From contig NC_045697.1 in the NCBI RefSeq assembly GCF_009834535.1, positions 43,092,001 through 43,156,000 of the forward strand: DNA of 64,000 bases, written 5' to 3'. The DNA comes from Camelus ferus. Its lineage: Eukaryota. The notes below the pieces were generated by a model. The model ran no database searches. It had not been told where the DNA came from and saw only the letters and a program-made list of their open reading frames with translations. Both the position numbers and the translations under genes were made by a program. This document shows positions 38,230 through 51,569 of the stretch, in pieces (position 1 is the stretch's first letter; every line of letters begins with the position of its first letter).

Positions 38230-39045
38230 AGGACCAATTCCTCCCTCTGCTAAAATGGAAGAGAACCTGTCACCATGTATGAAGAGTACCATGTGTGCTT
38301 CTCTTGGTAGGAGGAAGGGCTACCAGAATTCCCTGTGTGAACCCAGATCCCAGTGTTTCTGCACGGACTCGGCCATGCCCAGCCATCTTTTTTGTAGCTG
38401 GTGTTAATGTCCAAGGACGTGGATAATAACCGCATACTTTTAGAAACAAATGACTGGATTTCTTCCACTCTTATAACAACCAGGCAGTGGTAAAGTAAAC
38501 CTCACCCCAACAAGAAAAAACACATTTTAAATGTCCATAGAGACACAGCCACACAGTTATCCTCACTTAACTTCAGCTCCGGGAAACCTGGTACCTTTCA
38601 CAGGCATGGACTCATTGAAATGGAGATTTTGAGAGAAAGGGCTCAAATAAACATTTTAATTAAGTGAATCCATTTTCCCCATGCAAAAGTGGGAGGTACA
38701 GAAGGATATTAACAAAAATACAAAGATAAATATAAAAAAGAAGGAATTCTGTTATTTTTGTTAAAGGGTAAAGGCAGAGAGGGAAGAAAAGGTCTCGCTT
38801 GGCTTGAAGCCATGAAACTTAAGATAAAACTTTTCTTCCCTTTGCAGAACAAGAAATGCTCATTAACAAAGAAAAATGTCACTCGAATCTGAAGAGCAAC
38901 GTAGCCGTGTTTATCTTTGGCTTGGGATGCTGACATCAAGGATGGCGTTCACATGTTAACCTGGTGCCCTTATCAAAATAGAGGAACACTTTAATCACTG
39001 TGTTCCTACTTTTATCTTGGATTAGCCCCATTTTAGCTTTGGTGG
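38230..39045 (-). pseudogene. Three fossil collagen segments (~38230-38470, ~38570-38620, ~38880-39045)
   Basis: 38316-38387 = (G)GW (G)WP (G)PC (G)NT GIW (G)HT GNS GSP; VP GFP (G)LK; (G)KM GLI, (G)AP G*H, (G)KH GYV (G)LQ. Confidence 0.8.
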
Positions 39046-39769
39046 ACTTGAATTAAAGAAAAAGCAGGCAGAATTTTCACAAGAGTTATGAGCACCTCAT
39101 ACACGACCAAAATCCATTATATAAATCCTGATTTGGGCTCCCTGTCAAAAAATATCTTTAGGACCCTAAAACTATTCCTAAAGCATCTGCATACCATACT
39201 TCAAACACTAAAGGTTCTAAGAAGTTATTGGGGGTTTTAAAACAATCTCAAAACAGTTCTTCATTTATAATATTGGTGTCGACAATTAATAAAATAAATA
39301 TGCTTGCCAGCCTACCCAGGAAACAGAGTAGAAGACCAATAAATGAACAAGATCAGTAAATTCATCTTCTAGATTTATGAGTTTTTAGGGCAAGCTTAAA
39401 ATGTTTGCAATTATTTTAATTCCCACAAAAGTGACTAGTGCTATAATAAAACCTGAAAACAGTTGATGTTTTAAGAAATGAGGCATCGCTGCTAAACTTC
39501 CTACTACTAATTTAGCACAGATTTCAAGCTGAAATCAAGACAATATGCTTTCTTCAGCTGTGTTTATGTGATTTCCAACCTCCCTGGTAATTGTCTTTTG
39601 GCTTTCATGTAGAAGTTTTTGGAAGAAAGCTGGCCTAGGGCTAAGTAACTTCATCTACCCTAAAAAAGGTCAGAAAGCACCAAATGGAATAATAGTAACT
39701 ACATTTATTGTTCAGTAGATACCACTGAAAGAATAAACAAAGTTTAAGTAGCAGAACCTTCAGTAATTT

Positions 39770-40150
39770 GAACCGGTTCACTGTTTGCCACACAAATCTC
39801 GCTAACTTGCAAAAGTCTCCTTGTGCAGAAGACAGTTTATTCTCTACGTTTCATATAAGACAGGATGTGTTTAGGTGGCCTGATCAAAAGCCTGAAGGGA
39901 TACAGCAGAAAAAGAGTTTTGATTTCTGGATTCTCTCTTTACACAACTTCTGCGACACTTTGGCAAATGAATAGAAAACCCTTCGTCCCTGGTGACAGTC
40001 CATCACTGCGCGTGATTCAGCATTAGGCAGCGTAAGCAGGAATTCCGACCCCCTCCGTGACCCCCCTTTCATTGTCTTGTGGGGGACACAGAGGTTATTG
40101 GGAAGAGCCAGGAGACTATTTTCAAGCGTGTGTGATCTCACCGAAGGACC
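39770..40150 (-). pseudogene. Fossil collagen exon
   Basis: aaactag|GG TCC TTC GGT GAG ATC = GSF GEI; (G)LL (G)LP .NL (G)VP, MK GGS, SP GTK GFL, (G)NP (G)IK. Confidence 0.8.
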
Positions 40151-40239
40151 CTAGTTTATTGGTGAGGAGTTGAGTCCGTCAGCCATTATTCTTTCTGAGA
40201 CTGTGTGTTATTTCACATATTTGTGCCTGTCTCCTTCAG

Positions 40240-41290
40240 GTGCAGAAGAGGGCTGACAGATACGCTTGCCTCATCTGCACTAGATGGAGAAAAGGGGTAA
40301 AGCCGAGTTGTAAAAAGTGTTCAGCTCAGCATTGACTTCTGTGCAGCCTCAGGAGATGCTAGTGCTTGTGAGCGAATCTTCCTCTGACGTGACACCTGTG
40401 AATGTGGCCTCACCCGAAAGGAGAAGGAAGCATCAGTGGGAGCGCAGCATGTGCTGCTGGTTTGCCACTGGGAGGACCCTTTACTCCTCTCTGGCCCATT
40501 GCTGAAACCTGGGGCTTATTAACCCTTCAGGGGACAGCAGTGGCCTGGCTTGCAAATGCCAAAACCATACCCTCTCCAGAGCGCACATCTACACTGGATT
40601 TCATTTTATTCTGTCTCCAGAGGAAGGTGCTCTGCTCAGGCCTTGGCTTGGATGGGGCCCCAAAGTGAGAGAAATTTAGCAGCTTAAAAATCACTAGCCA
40701 TCTTTTTGGCTAGAGCAATCCAAAGAAGACGGGAGGGTTTCAGTGAGGAACATATCAGGAACCAGTGATCAAAAGAAAGCAGCATGTACACCAGAAATTG
40801 ACACATTGTAACTGATTATACTTCAATTAAAAAAAAAAAAGCCGGAAAGCCTCCAAATGTATACCCCTTTGGCTTGGAGGAGCAGGGAGTCAGCTGGGGT
40901 TGGGCCTACCCGAAACAAACTCTCAGTGATTTCCTAAAAGTGACCATGTGGGGCAAAAATCCATCCATGTTTTCAATGAGTGCAGCCAGCGCTGTGGATG
41001 TTGGGCGATGGGCAGCGACAGATGGAGGGTTTCCGTGGCGGGCGGCCGGCCTTTATTCCCTTCTGAAGGCTCCCTCTTGTGTGAGTGTCGACTGGCCATC
41101 TCCACTTAAACAATCCCTTTGCAGTGAATGGTTGTAGGACACATAACACCTCCTTTGTCTGTGAGCCTCTGCAAAGCTATCTGCTGTCTGCCCTCTGCCT
41201 GTGCATTTTTACGGTGACGATCAACATAATTCCTCACTCCAGAGACACCTCAACTTGGTTGAAAGAGTGGCCTTTATCCATTGAAAACTA
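40240..41290 (-). pseudogene. Large fossil collagen exon with a short inserted L1 tail
   Basis: 40470-40496 = intact GQR GVK GPP followed by (G)GK; also DK GHS, (G)EP, GNK GRP, PP (G)QR GIH, GFP. Confidence 0.8.
40778..40840 (+). mobile_element. Very short L1 3' tail
   Basis: tgtacaccagaaattgacacattgtaactgattatacttcaatt + A12; related (reverse complement) to the L1 ends at 9270 and 53355. Confidence 0.75.
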
Positions 41291-41565
41291 GGTTTTCTTG
41301 ACTAATTGAAAACCAAAGGGAGTCAGAGTGAATTGTTTCAGCCTTTAACAATGAATTTAGGCTATTTATGGTGTTAGAAAGTCAGAAATTTCATCTTTAT
41401 AACTTTGGAAAGTCCTAGTAAAAAAATGAAAAGATAACAGAAAGGGTGAACGTAGAGAAAACAGAGTTTGGGCAAAACTCGAGGGGTTCTTTAGGTGTGC
41501 AGTTTTGTTTGTTTGTTTGTTTGTTGTGTTTTTTTTTTGGCATCTGAATTGAAAGCTGTCTTTAC

Positions 41566-41835
41566 TGTCTTTGTCACACTTTCCTTAGGAGAGGTTTGGA
41601 CGTGTCTCATTCTGTTCTGCCTCTTCCCGTGGCTGAGATCTCAGGCAGGTTCTGAATGAACATGGGTGTGCTGGGCCCCTGAGTGATATCAGGCGACAAG
41701 TTAAGGTAGGGGTGCATCAGAGATGCCCATCCCCCACTGCTTCAGTTCTGTCCCACTAAGGTCCTGCCACAGAGGTACCCCACAGCCAGAACAGCACATG
41801 TCACCTCTCTTGGAAGTGGATTTTATCATAATAAC
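41566..41835 (-). pseudogene. Fossil collagen exon (270 nt = 30 x 9)
   Basis: gattgcag|GT TAT TAT GAT AAA ATC ... KR GDM (G)CS GCG (G)PL, GP* (G)DR, GIS (G)AP ...|gtaaag. Confidence 0.8.
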
Positions 41836-42979
41836 CTGCAATCTGCTTGATTTTTAAATACCAAAGAGAATGCTAGTGAAGGAGGACCTACTATGTATCT
41901 GAAACCAACATCTTCCAAGGAGATTAAATGGAGATAATCCACTCAACAGCCTGATATGAGAGTTTTCTCCTCATTTTCACAGATGAGGAAAGAAGCTCAG
42001 AAATTCAAGGGCCTTAATCCTAGATGTGAAAGTATAAATATCAAATGGCCCTTAGAATCCCAAATCTTCCCCTCCCACCTTAAATCATTTTTTCAAAACC
42101 CAAGAGCCATGAACAAATGAACAAGTAAATAAATTCATAAACAAATACATTTAATTCAGTGGTGCTGTACATTTCTCTGCTTTATTTTTATATTAGGTGA
42201 AGTAAGGTTAATGTGAATCTTAAATTGAGGAAAAAGGCGAACACTTAAAAAGCTCACTGCCCCCCACCAGCAAGCTTTAAGGAGGAATGACTTATTTCCA
42301 ATCAAATTCAGTGATTTTAAGTGAATTTTGGCAATAGTCGATGGTCATGTAAGAATTACTTCAGTCAGGATAAAAAATATTTCCATCTCTGCCCCTTTGC
42401 AGCTGATCCTCTGATCTCCAGCCCCAGGCAACTACTATTCTTCATTCCTTTGCTCTAGCTTTGTCAGCAGTCTTTTCCAGTTTCTCTTTCCTGCCTCAGG
42501 ACCTTTGCAAATGCTTTTCTGTCTGTGAGACGGCCTTTCTCTCACATCACACGCTTCTCTCTCCTTGGCTAATATCTGCTCACCTTTTATATTTCAGCTT
42601 AAGTGCCACTTCTTCAGAGAACCTTTCATGATCCCCTTTCCCCACCATATCCAAACTAAAAGATGTCTCATTTTATTTTCACTTATAGCACTTCTTTCTT
42701 TCCCTCAATGTCACATTATATATATATATAAAATATATATATATGTAAATACACACACACATACTATGGAGGTATTTATTTGATTTCTTTGTCTCTATCA
42801 CTATATTTTGTTTCATGAATGCATGGAAAATATGTTTTGTTCATCGTTGTATTTTCAGTTTATTGATAATCATCACTTCACTCATACGTTAACTATATTC
42901 TTGGAACATAGCTGGTAGACCTCACATATTTTTTAAATGAATTACTTGGATATCTAGTTTTATCTATATAAAAATTCTG

Positions 42980-43320
42980 TCAAGCCTTTCATGGTGCCAG
43001 TGGAAAATCCACCTCCTTGTCACCCTCTGCTGTTTATCTGAGTCCTACCTACTCTGTACCTGGGGTGCTCAAGCTGCATCTCACAGCCCCAAAGCTCTGA
43101 GGTTCAGTTCACCTGAGAGTTTTAGCCAACACAACTAAGAAGGAAGATTCCGCCATTAGCCAGCATACACGAGCCACAGGTTAATACGTAACCACTTCAC
43201 CAACTGGCAGGAGATGGGGCAGGAAGATAAGGGACAGGCAAAAAGTCTCCTTGACTTTTTGTTTGTTTGTTTTTTGTCTCCTTGACTTTGCTTGCCCAAG
43301 GTATGATTTTTGGCTGCTCA
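42980..43320 (-). pseudogene. Fossil collagen segment
   Basis: SQ GDF, PV GEV, LS GEL, (G)TP GTE, GLR, E GDK, (G)FP. Confidence 0.7.
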
Positions 43321-43723
43321 TTTAGACTAGAAGTCTGAGCATGGCTGTTGGGGGGTGGGCGGGAGAGGAGGAAATAGTGCGGAGTGCTGTGGCTTAGGAT
43401 TCTGGGTGTGCTGCTGTCAGACCACTGTTTGGTGATGACGACAGTGATGCTGGGGTTGGTGGAGATGATGGAAACATTGGTGGTAGTGAAAAGAACAATT
43501 ACGCTAACACGTGTGCACTTGACATGCTGGAAACCCTTCTCCATCCATTACATCCATGTGTTTTATCATCTCCCACCCTACAAACTGGGTGCTCTGACTT
43601 CCATTTTCATGACCCAGGTCAGAACCCCATAGAGAACCAAGCAGGCAGTAAAGTAGAGGTGAGAGGTGGATGACCGTGGGAGTCAGGCCTCCTCTACCCT
43701 GGGACTGGCTGCGGAGAGCTTAC

Positions 43724-44250
43724 CTCTTTGGGCTGACAACAGCTTGCCCTTTGGCTGTGGTCAGAGAATTGGGATCACCGTGATCATCTTTTTAATTATT
43801 GTCACCCGGGAGCTTTTACGAATCCCTAGAGCTGAGTCTAAAAGGGAAAGTGCTTGGGGGAGTTGTAGCTGTAAAATTGTGCCCAGGACCATAAATCAGC
43901 TCGGGGGTGACCTCCGCATTGTAACTCATGTGAGGGCTTTGGTCCTGGAGGAGACTGGAGTCTTTTACAACAGAGAGCTGGGCCCAGGGAGCTCATCTGA
44001 CCCCACATTGTCTGTGAGGTTAACTACGGCTATAGTACAGTGAGCAGTAGCTCAGACCCCTGAAACAACCATGGACCCAAGTGATGCCATTTCCTTCACC
44101 TGCCCATTGGAGGTTCCTTCCCACTGAGTAGGTTACAGCCCCAAATGACCAGTTTCTCAGTATGTTACAAAAGTGAACCAACTCCTTTTCCATTTTATAG
44201 AGGATTCCTTTTGTTGTTAGCAGCTGCCATTTGCTTGGTCATTTCATCCA
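43724..44250 (-). pseudogene. Fossil collagen exon (5' side abuts an L2 cluster)
   Basis: (G)NV GSD (G)LP GPS, PP GPK, LP GDN, (G)DH GDP, K GQA; donor GAG|gtaagc at 43723. Confidence 0.85.
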
Positions 44251-46225
44251 AGCTCAAGGCTGAAAATACCATCTATACACTGATGCCTCCCAAATTTGGG
44301 TCTCCAGTCTAGACGTCCCCCCTGAGTGCATCCCGCTGCCTCTCTGACATCTCTGCTTGGAAGTCAAATGGTCATTTGAAGACCAACATCCAAACCTGGG
44401 CTGCTAATAACTATTCCCAAACCTGTCGTCTTCCCCATCAGGTTAATGACCATCCTATTTCCAACTACTCAGGCCCCAAATCTCTCTCTCACACCACACA
44501 TTTGATCTCGCAGCAAACGCTGATAGGTCTACCTTCAAAATATATCCGGAATCTGAGCACTTTTCACCACCCCCACTGCTATGAGTTTTGTCCAAGCTGC
44601 CATCATTTTCTCATCCAGTTTGTTATAATAGCTTCATGATGGAACTCCCCACTTCTACCCTTGCCCACTTTAAGTCAGTTTTCAATAGAGCATCCAGGAC
44701 ATACCTGTCAAAATACATCAGCTTACAGCAATCCTCTGCTCTGAACCCTCTGATGATTTCTCATCTCAGAGTGAAAGCAATGTCCTCCCAGAGATGCACA
44801 TAAACGTTCTATCCAAGCTTGTCCTTGTTACCCTGAACATAGCCTGCCTTTCCACCTTCCACCAACATGCCTCCTCCTGGCTGGCTTCCTCACTCTTCTT
44901 TGAACTCCTACCTCAGGGTTTGGTATTTGCCGTTCACACAGGCTGGAGTGCTTGCCTCCCGGGTACCTCTGTGGGTTGCTCCTTCCCCTCCTCTGGTATA
45001 AAATACGGAGTTGCAGTTTCAGATGAGAGACCTGAATGATAAGGGGCTAAGTGGAGACAGAAATGGTGAGTTGTGGCTGAGGGACCATGGATATATAAGG
45101 AAAGAGTGTTCCAGGCAGAGGGCACAGCAAGTGCCAAAGCCTTGAGTTAGGACAATGGTTGGCTTGTTTAGAGAAAAGCAAGCTGACCATTGTGGCAAAG
45201 GAGGCAGTGGTAGGAGATGAGGTCAGATTTGGGGGCCAAATCTGGGAGCCTCTGGAAACACTTTGGCTTTCATTCTGAGTGAGATGGGTGTTTTGCTGGT
45301 CAGTGACATGGTCTGATTTAACATTTTTAGGAGAATTCTCTTGATTTCTATGTGCAGAAGAATAAACTGTAGGGTCAATATTGGAAGCCAGGAGACCAGA
45401 CAAGATAATTAATATAGTCCAGAAGAGAAATTATGGCGGCTTGGATCACAGTTTAATATTAGAAATGATACAAGGATTCGCGTGGATTCCGCCACCAGAA
45501 TTTCCTAATGGATGAGATGGTGAGATAGGAGGGGAAGGGTGATGCAAGTGTGCCGTCATCTTTTGCCCAGACTTCCATAATCACACCTCACTGTTCCATC
45601 TGTACATATTCTTGTCCCCTCTTCAGCCTGTTTCTACCCTTGTACCCTCAACCATCTGTTTTCACACTTCAGCAGAATGATCTTCTCAAAGTGTAAAACC
45701 AGGCAGTAAATTACCATTGACTGTAGGAAGAAGGCAGAACTCTCCTCCAAGGTCACATATCTGAGGCCCCTCCTACCTGTCTGGTCTCATCTTGTGCCGG
45801 GTCCCCCTACTCATTGTCTGCCCTCCACACACACTGACTTTTGTCCCCCATCTCATCACGATTCCTTCCACCGAAGGGACTTTGTGCACAGGTTTCTTTT
45901 GCCTGCAATGTCTTTCCCTCTCCTCTTCACTGAATTAATTCTTACTTATGCTTCCTGTCTTAGCTTAATCATCATTTCCTTCAGGAAATCTTCTCTGACC
46001 CTCCTGACAAGGTCAAAAACTCCCTCTCAGAGAACCATATTCTGCTCCTTATTAAGGAAAGATCACAGTTTCAGTTCGTCCATTTAATTTATTTTTGCCT
46101 CCGCTTCAGACTCTGCACTACAAGGGAGCAAGGACTATATATTTTTTCTCTCACCATTCCATCCCCAGCGCCTAGCATGGTACTAGGACATAGTACATTT
46201 GTTGAATGAGTGAATAAATGAATAT
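44250..46225. mobile_element. Cluster of L2 fragments in both orientations
   Basis: L2 motifs (tacactgatgcctcccaaat; ttccaggcagagggcacagcaagtgcc; ttgttgaatgagtgaat). Confidence 0.8.
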
Positions 46226-46229
46226 CTTC

Positions 46230-46470
46230 TGTACTAAAATGGGATCATTTCTTTTTAATATTTCTTGAGACACTGATTCGCTTGCCCTCATGTTTCTTTA
46301 TCCATGACCAGCTACACTGCTCAAGCTCCCAGCTCTAGTCTACAGAGGGGCCCCACTCCTTTATTTGCTATTTTGTTGCAGGTCTCACTCATGTCAAGCG
46401 TATGGGCATGAATGACCATGAGATACTGAGCAGAAGACTTTGGCAATTCATTCAGGTGGCTTTTGAAAGG
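46230..46470 (-). pseudogene. Fossil collagen segment on the far side of the L2 cluster
   Basis: FQ .PP (G), SH GHS (G)PY, (G)NK GV GPL (G)RL, HE GKR. Confidence 0.6.
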
Positions 46471-46677
46471 ACTGTGTAGTGATTTACATTTTCTAAAAAG
46501 CTTTCATAATTTAATCCTCTCAGCAATCCTGTGAGATAGAGAGACAGGAATTATACCCATGGTGATAGAAAGAAAAAAAAGATGAATGAAAACATCTTTA
46601 TTGAGGAAACTGGTAGAAACTTCCCTGCTTCTGAGCAAGGGAAGAAAATTGTTTGATGTGAAAATTAAAGCATTTCT

Positions 46678-47449
46678 TACTGCTCTGTCTGCTATTGTAG
46701 TCACATGTGGCCTTTGGGCACGTGAGATGTGGCTAATTCTAATTGAGATTCATTGTAAGTGTAAAACACACACATCAGATTTGGAAGACTTAGCATGAAG
46801 TATTGATTACATTGAAATGGTAATATTTTTGGATATACTGGATCAAATAAAATGTATTATTTCAATAGGTTGAATAATGGCCCCCTAAGTACCAAGCCCT
46901 ACTTCTTGGAACCTGTAAATGTTACCTTATTTGGAAAAAGACTTTTGTAGACGTGATTAAATCAAAGCTTAAGTTAAGGATCTTGAGATGGGGAGATTGT
47001 CCTGAATGATTCAGGTGGGTGCTAAATGGAATCACACAAGCCCTTATGAGAGAAGGTAGAGGTAGTTAGACACACACACGAAGGAAGGTGGTGTGAAGAT
47101 GGAGGCAGAGATTGGAGTGATGTGGCCCCAAGCCAAGGAGTACCAGCAGCCACCAGCAGCTGGAAGAAGAAGGGAACGATTCTTTCTAGAGCCTCTAGAG
47201 GGAGTACAGCCCAAATCCACCTTGATTTCAGCTCAGCGATACTGATTTTGGCCTCCAGAACTCCAAAAGAGTAAATGTGTTGTTTTAAGCCACCAGGTTT
47301 GTGGTGATTTCTTACAGCAGCCCCAGGAACCTAACACATTATTAAAATTAATTTTACCTGTTCCTTTTCACTTTTTTAAAAAAGTGGCTACTAGTTAATT
47401 AAGAGTATTACATATGTGGCTTGCATTCTATTTTTCTTGGACAGTGCTG
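46678..47449 (-). mobile_element. MER33-like hAT MITE interrupted by an MLT1 LTR
   Basis: Ends ttggacagtgctg; gtggctactag and attgattacattgaaatg motifs. Confidence 0.7.
46862..47338 (+). mobile_element. MLT1C-like solo LTR
   Basis: 477 bp; ends acagcagccccaggaacctaacaca; 5-bp TSD ttatt on both sides. Confidence 0.85.
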
Positions 47450-47559
47450 CCTTAAACTATTTGAAGGATAATTATAAAGATGGCTGTCTCTAGAACTGTA
47501 GCAGATAGAATAAAAGCTAATGGGTTTAGCATGCAAAGCGGGTTTAAATATACGAAGAA

Positions 47560-47850
47560 GCATAAGCGAGGTTTAATGGCTATTAAATATTGAACCTGGC
47601 CAGCAGAGGCCATGGCTAGCAGTCTCAGAAAGTCAGAGCTGTAGCCACATGTCAACCAAACTTGCTCCAGAACTGTATGGGAAAACGGGACTGGGGTTAG
47701 GAGGCTTGGGGCCTTGTTCCCACCTTGAATCATGCTCAATTGTTGAAATTATGAGGCGAAGTATTTTCACTAATCAAATTTGTATTCTACCATTTCTACT
47801 TCTGTCTGGGAAATTCCACCTTTTTCATGGTGCTGAATTAGCAGATCTAG
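47560..47850 (-). pseudogene. Probable fossil collagen segment
   Basis: IQ G, EQ GPK, S GA, GYS, A GQV. Confidence 0.5.
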
Positions 47851-47879
47851 AATAACGAAGCCAAGAACAAACTAAAGCT

Positions 47880-49800
47880 ACTTAGAGGCATAATGTAAAG
47901 AGTGGAAGGATTGGGGTCAGATAGAACCAGGGCATGTCAAACTACTTGCAATAGTGGGATCTCTGGGTGAAGAACTGATTTCCCTGAGCCTCAATTTTAT
48001 CATCTATAAAATGGATCTAATAGTATATACCTTGCATGTTGTTCTAAGGATTGGAAATAATATATGTAAAGTACTTGTCACATAAGAGCAACATAGTAAA
48101 CAGGAATTTTTGTTATTTTTATTAAGGCTTTTCACATTGATGTTAGTCAATGAATGGAGTTGATCATTTCAAATTGGACTTCACCAAGATGGCGTTATAT
48201 TTTCTAGTGCAGTCCTAAAAGATAAAGGAATGCTGTAAAAGTTGTAAATCAGCAGTTTCTGGATTTGTAAGAGACTCACATTGCAGCTGACTTGGCAAGA
48301 AGTACAAAAGATTGAAACTAAGTGTTTTATCTATGGAATTCAAATTTTTGATCTGCCTGCAGTAGTCCATGTTCTATAGGAGTGAAGGTCTTTGAGTCTG
48401 TTTAGGAAGAGGAGATGATAGCTAATGTCTATTAGAAGTTACCATTAAGGCACTTTTCCAGTACTTTAATAAGAAGATTAATTCCTCTAATCCTTATAGC
48501 AACCCTATGTGGTAGATACTACTAATATCATTTCCATTTAACAGATGAAGAAATTGAGACACAGGTTGATGAAATACTTTGCCTAATGTAAACAGTTATT
48601 TAAGACTGGTATGGGTATTTGAACTCAGGCTACCTGGCTTTAATACTGTACTTCTTATAACAATGTATTATATATATATATATATATATATATTGCTTTT
48701 CATAGAATATAGAGCTTTCTAGACAGACCAAAACATTTGCAAGTACTCATTGCTGATAACTTTCATTTCATCCACATATTGATAATACATTCAGAACACA
48801 TTTATTGGACACCTACTATTTGCAACATATTGTGAAAGACACTAAAGGAATACAAATACAAACGAGACAGCATCTGGCCTCAAGGAGTTCACAGTGTAAC
48901 GAGGAAGATGGTTATGTTAGCAATAAACTGTGAGGCAAAGAAAATCAAAGTGAATGTGAACCAGAGGTATAAGCAACTGCTGTTGGAGAAGAGTCTCTCC
49001 CAGGGGCTCTAAGTGCCATGTGTGCACCTTTATTGCGCATATCACGCTCGAATGCAATCATCTGTCCAATTCTCAGTCTTCCTCACTGGATTGGGACAAT
49101 GGGGACAGTGTTTTATCCATCTTTGTTTTGAGGCATCTATCCTTTGATCCTGGGCATCTATCAAATTCCCTGGCATCTAACAGGTTCTCAGTAATTGTCT
49201 ATGGAATGCATGAATAAGTGGAGAAATAGGTGTGGAGGAAAAAGAGGTCAAATTGGACTGGGAGAATCCAGCAAAGCTTGGCTGGCACTTTGGCTTTTGA
49301 ACTTGGCCTTGGAAGATAGGAGGATTTTGATGGATGAAAAGGTGATAACTTGAGGAAAGGCTGGACGTAAGATTGATGAGACGGAAGGAACAGTTATATA
49401 AAGTTACAGATAAAGAGAAACTTGTGTATTTTTCAGAGACAGGAGTCTGTGGTTTGCTGATCAATGCCAAGGTTAAGGGTAGAACTGATATAATTCTCCA
49501 GATAATTCAGACTAAGCCTCAAACACTTGATATGAGGAAGAAGAGTTTGATGGATGCTTAAATTGTTCTAAATATTCATCCCCGAATCATTGACTGGGTA
49601 TTTATCGCATGTCCAACATTTCACAGATATTAGTTGATCCTCGCAGCACCTTGTACCTGCTTATTTTACAGATGAAAATGCTGAGGTTCGGTGCAGGTAA
49701 GGGACCTGCCCACCCAGCTAATTAGAGGTGGAGCCGGGATTGGAAATCCAAGTCCTGGATCCAGGGCCTTTGTGGTCTTCTCTATCACACAGCCCTCATG
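47880..49800. mobile_element. MIR (47880-48125, 48410-48655, 49620-49800) and L2 (48765-49220) fragments
   Basis: MIR cores ctgagcctcaattttatcatctataaaatgg and acagatgaagaaattgag. Confidence 0.7.
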
Positions 49801-49865
49801 CAGTTCACGTACGTTCATCCAACTTATGTGAATATTTGCTTTATCTTTCATTTCTTCTTTCACAC

Positions 49866-50230
49866 GTGCCTAAAATCTGCTTTGGTTAGTAAAGGCTCAA
49901 AAATGCTGAGGCTGAAGTTGAATCCAGGAAACAAGGTTTCTTTGTGTATCCTTTCAGCAAAGCAGGAGGCTGCAGCTCATTGGAACTCATCTTCCTATAC
50001 ACTCAAGTGCCTCCAGAGAATTGGGAGAGCTGGGCATGAATATGTAGACACGCAGGAAATGAGCAAGGCAGATGTTGCGCCGATCTCTGCTGGGCCATTT
50101 TAGATCATAGCGGCTAATATACAGCACCTTTTTTGGCTGCCAACATTTTTTTTCTTTTGGTTCCTGTTTATCAACCTCCTCTCCTCCCTCTCCTCTACTG
50201 CCAGACCCCTGCATTTACATTTTTCCGTTC
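49866..50230 (-). pseudogene. Fossil collagen exon
   Basis: gcttttcctag|GA; GSR GEG GEE (G)DK, (G)PK (G)KK; (G)LK (G)PS (G)DR (G)NI (G)LA .FL (G)VY. Confidence 0.8.
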
Positions 50231-50393
50231 CTAGGAAAAGCATACTTTTGATTTTTTTTTTTTAAAGAACAAGTTAATTCAAGCCAATCCAAAGAATGTA
50301 TCCAGTTGGCAGAAGAACTCATTGTTTTCAAAATGCTGTGACATGTGATCGAACGCTCAGATCCCTCCATCCCCATCCCATCACCACCCCTAC

Positions 50394-51451
50394 CATCCCT
50401 GACAGGCTTCCTTGGTGGCCTGTGCACTGTGGGTAACTCGATGGCAGATTTTTTTTTTTTTCCTGAAATTGGTTAATGCATTCTCTTTGGTTATCTGAGT
50501 CCAGTTCCAGGGAAGTGTTGGCATGGGTAGCTTAACCTTTGTTTTCCCTCCCTCTATATACTGGATGGCACTACTGAGGTGCTGCCAGGGGGTCATGTTC
50601 TCAGACTTTTTTATAGCAGCAACGATAAAGCAGCCCATTCAAGGTGTATGCTTAGATTCAGCTGGGGTCATTCATTCATCCATCTATTCGTTCATTCTTC
50701 AAGTGTTTACTGATTGATAGCTGTGTTCTGGGTGCTGTATTAAGCAACAGGGTTACAGTGGTGAATAAGACTGATGTGGTCCTGCCTTCATGGAGCCTGT
50801 ATTCAAGTGGGGAGACAGATAGTAACAAGCAAACCATTAACAACATTACTACAGATTGGCACAGCTGCGGGGATACCATACCAAGAGGGATGGGATAGAA
50901 AGGCACTGTGGAGGCCCTGTTAGAGAGCTGGCCAGTGCAAACTCTTCTTAGCGGGTGAGCAGTGGGTTTAAGCTTGAAGGGAGAGAATAAATCAACCATG
51001 AGGAACGTGTGGGCGGGAATGCATTCTAGAGCATCACATGGGAAGTTCTGGTGGTGGCAAAAGTGAAGGAGGAAGAAGAGACAAAGAACATGATGTACCT
51101 CCCTGATTCAGGAGAGACTGAAACTTTTTCAAGACTCCCCTTTTGTAGAATTACTTGAAGCATGATCTGCGTCTGTTGATAACCACTGCATTTTCACACT
51201 TTTTCTCTCATTTCACTTTGAATATTTTGTAAGGTGGTTGTTGATGTACTTGGTGATATTTATGTTACCAAGAAAGCAGTCTGAAATGTAAGCAGACTAG
51301 CTACCTGCAATCTCCCTGCCTTGACGTGAATTCTCATTTAATATTCAGAGGATATAACATTTGCTTAATGCATACCAGATTTGCTTCTAAACTAATAACC
51401 TGGGACCCCCAAATCCTTATTATACCTTCCTATCCTTCTTATTCTGTTTTC
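50394..51451 (-). pseudogene. Fossil collagen exon(s) split by an L2 insertion (50670-51075)
   Basis: ttctttag|GA AAA CAG (GKQ), GII, DL GVP GY, (G)KS GMH; (G)EM (G)EK, GYQ, QK GSL; after the L2: (G)PP GST, NK G*A, FP G, (G)HR (G)TH (G)AQ (G)TK; donor gtaggg. Confidence 0.7.
50670..51075 (-). mobile_element. L2 3' fragment
   Basis: ttcattcatcc...gtgtttactg...ggtcctgccttcatggagc. Confidence 0.8.
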
Positions 51452-51569
51452 CTAAAGAAATTGTATTTGAAGGAGAATTTATCCTTGAGATGTCATTAAA
51501 TCTACCATTATGTGATTACTCCTAAGATTGTGAATGTATTATGGGCAATTGTTTCTAGTATATACTGTT

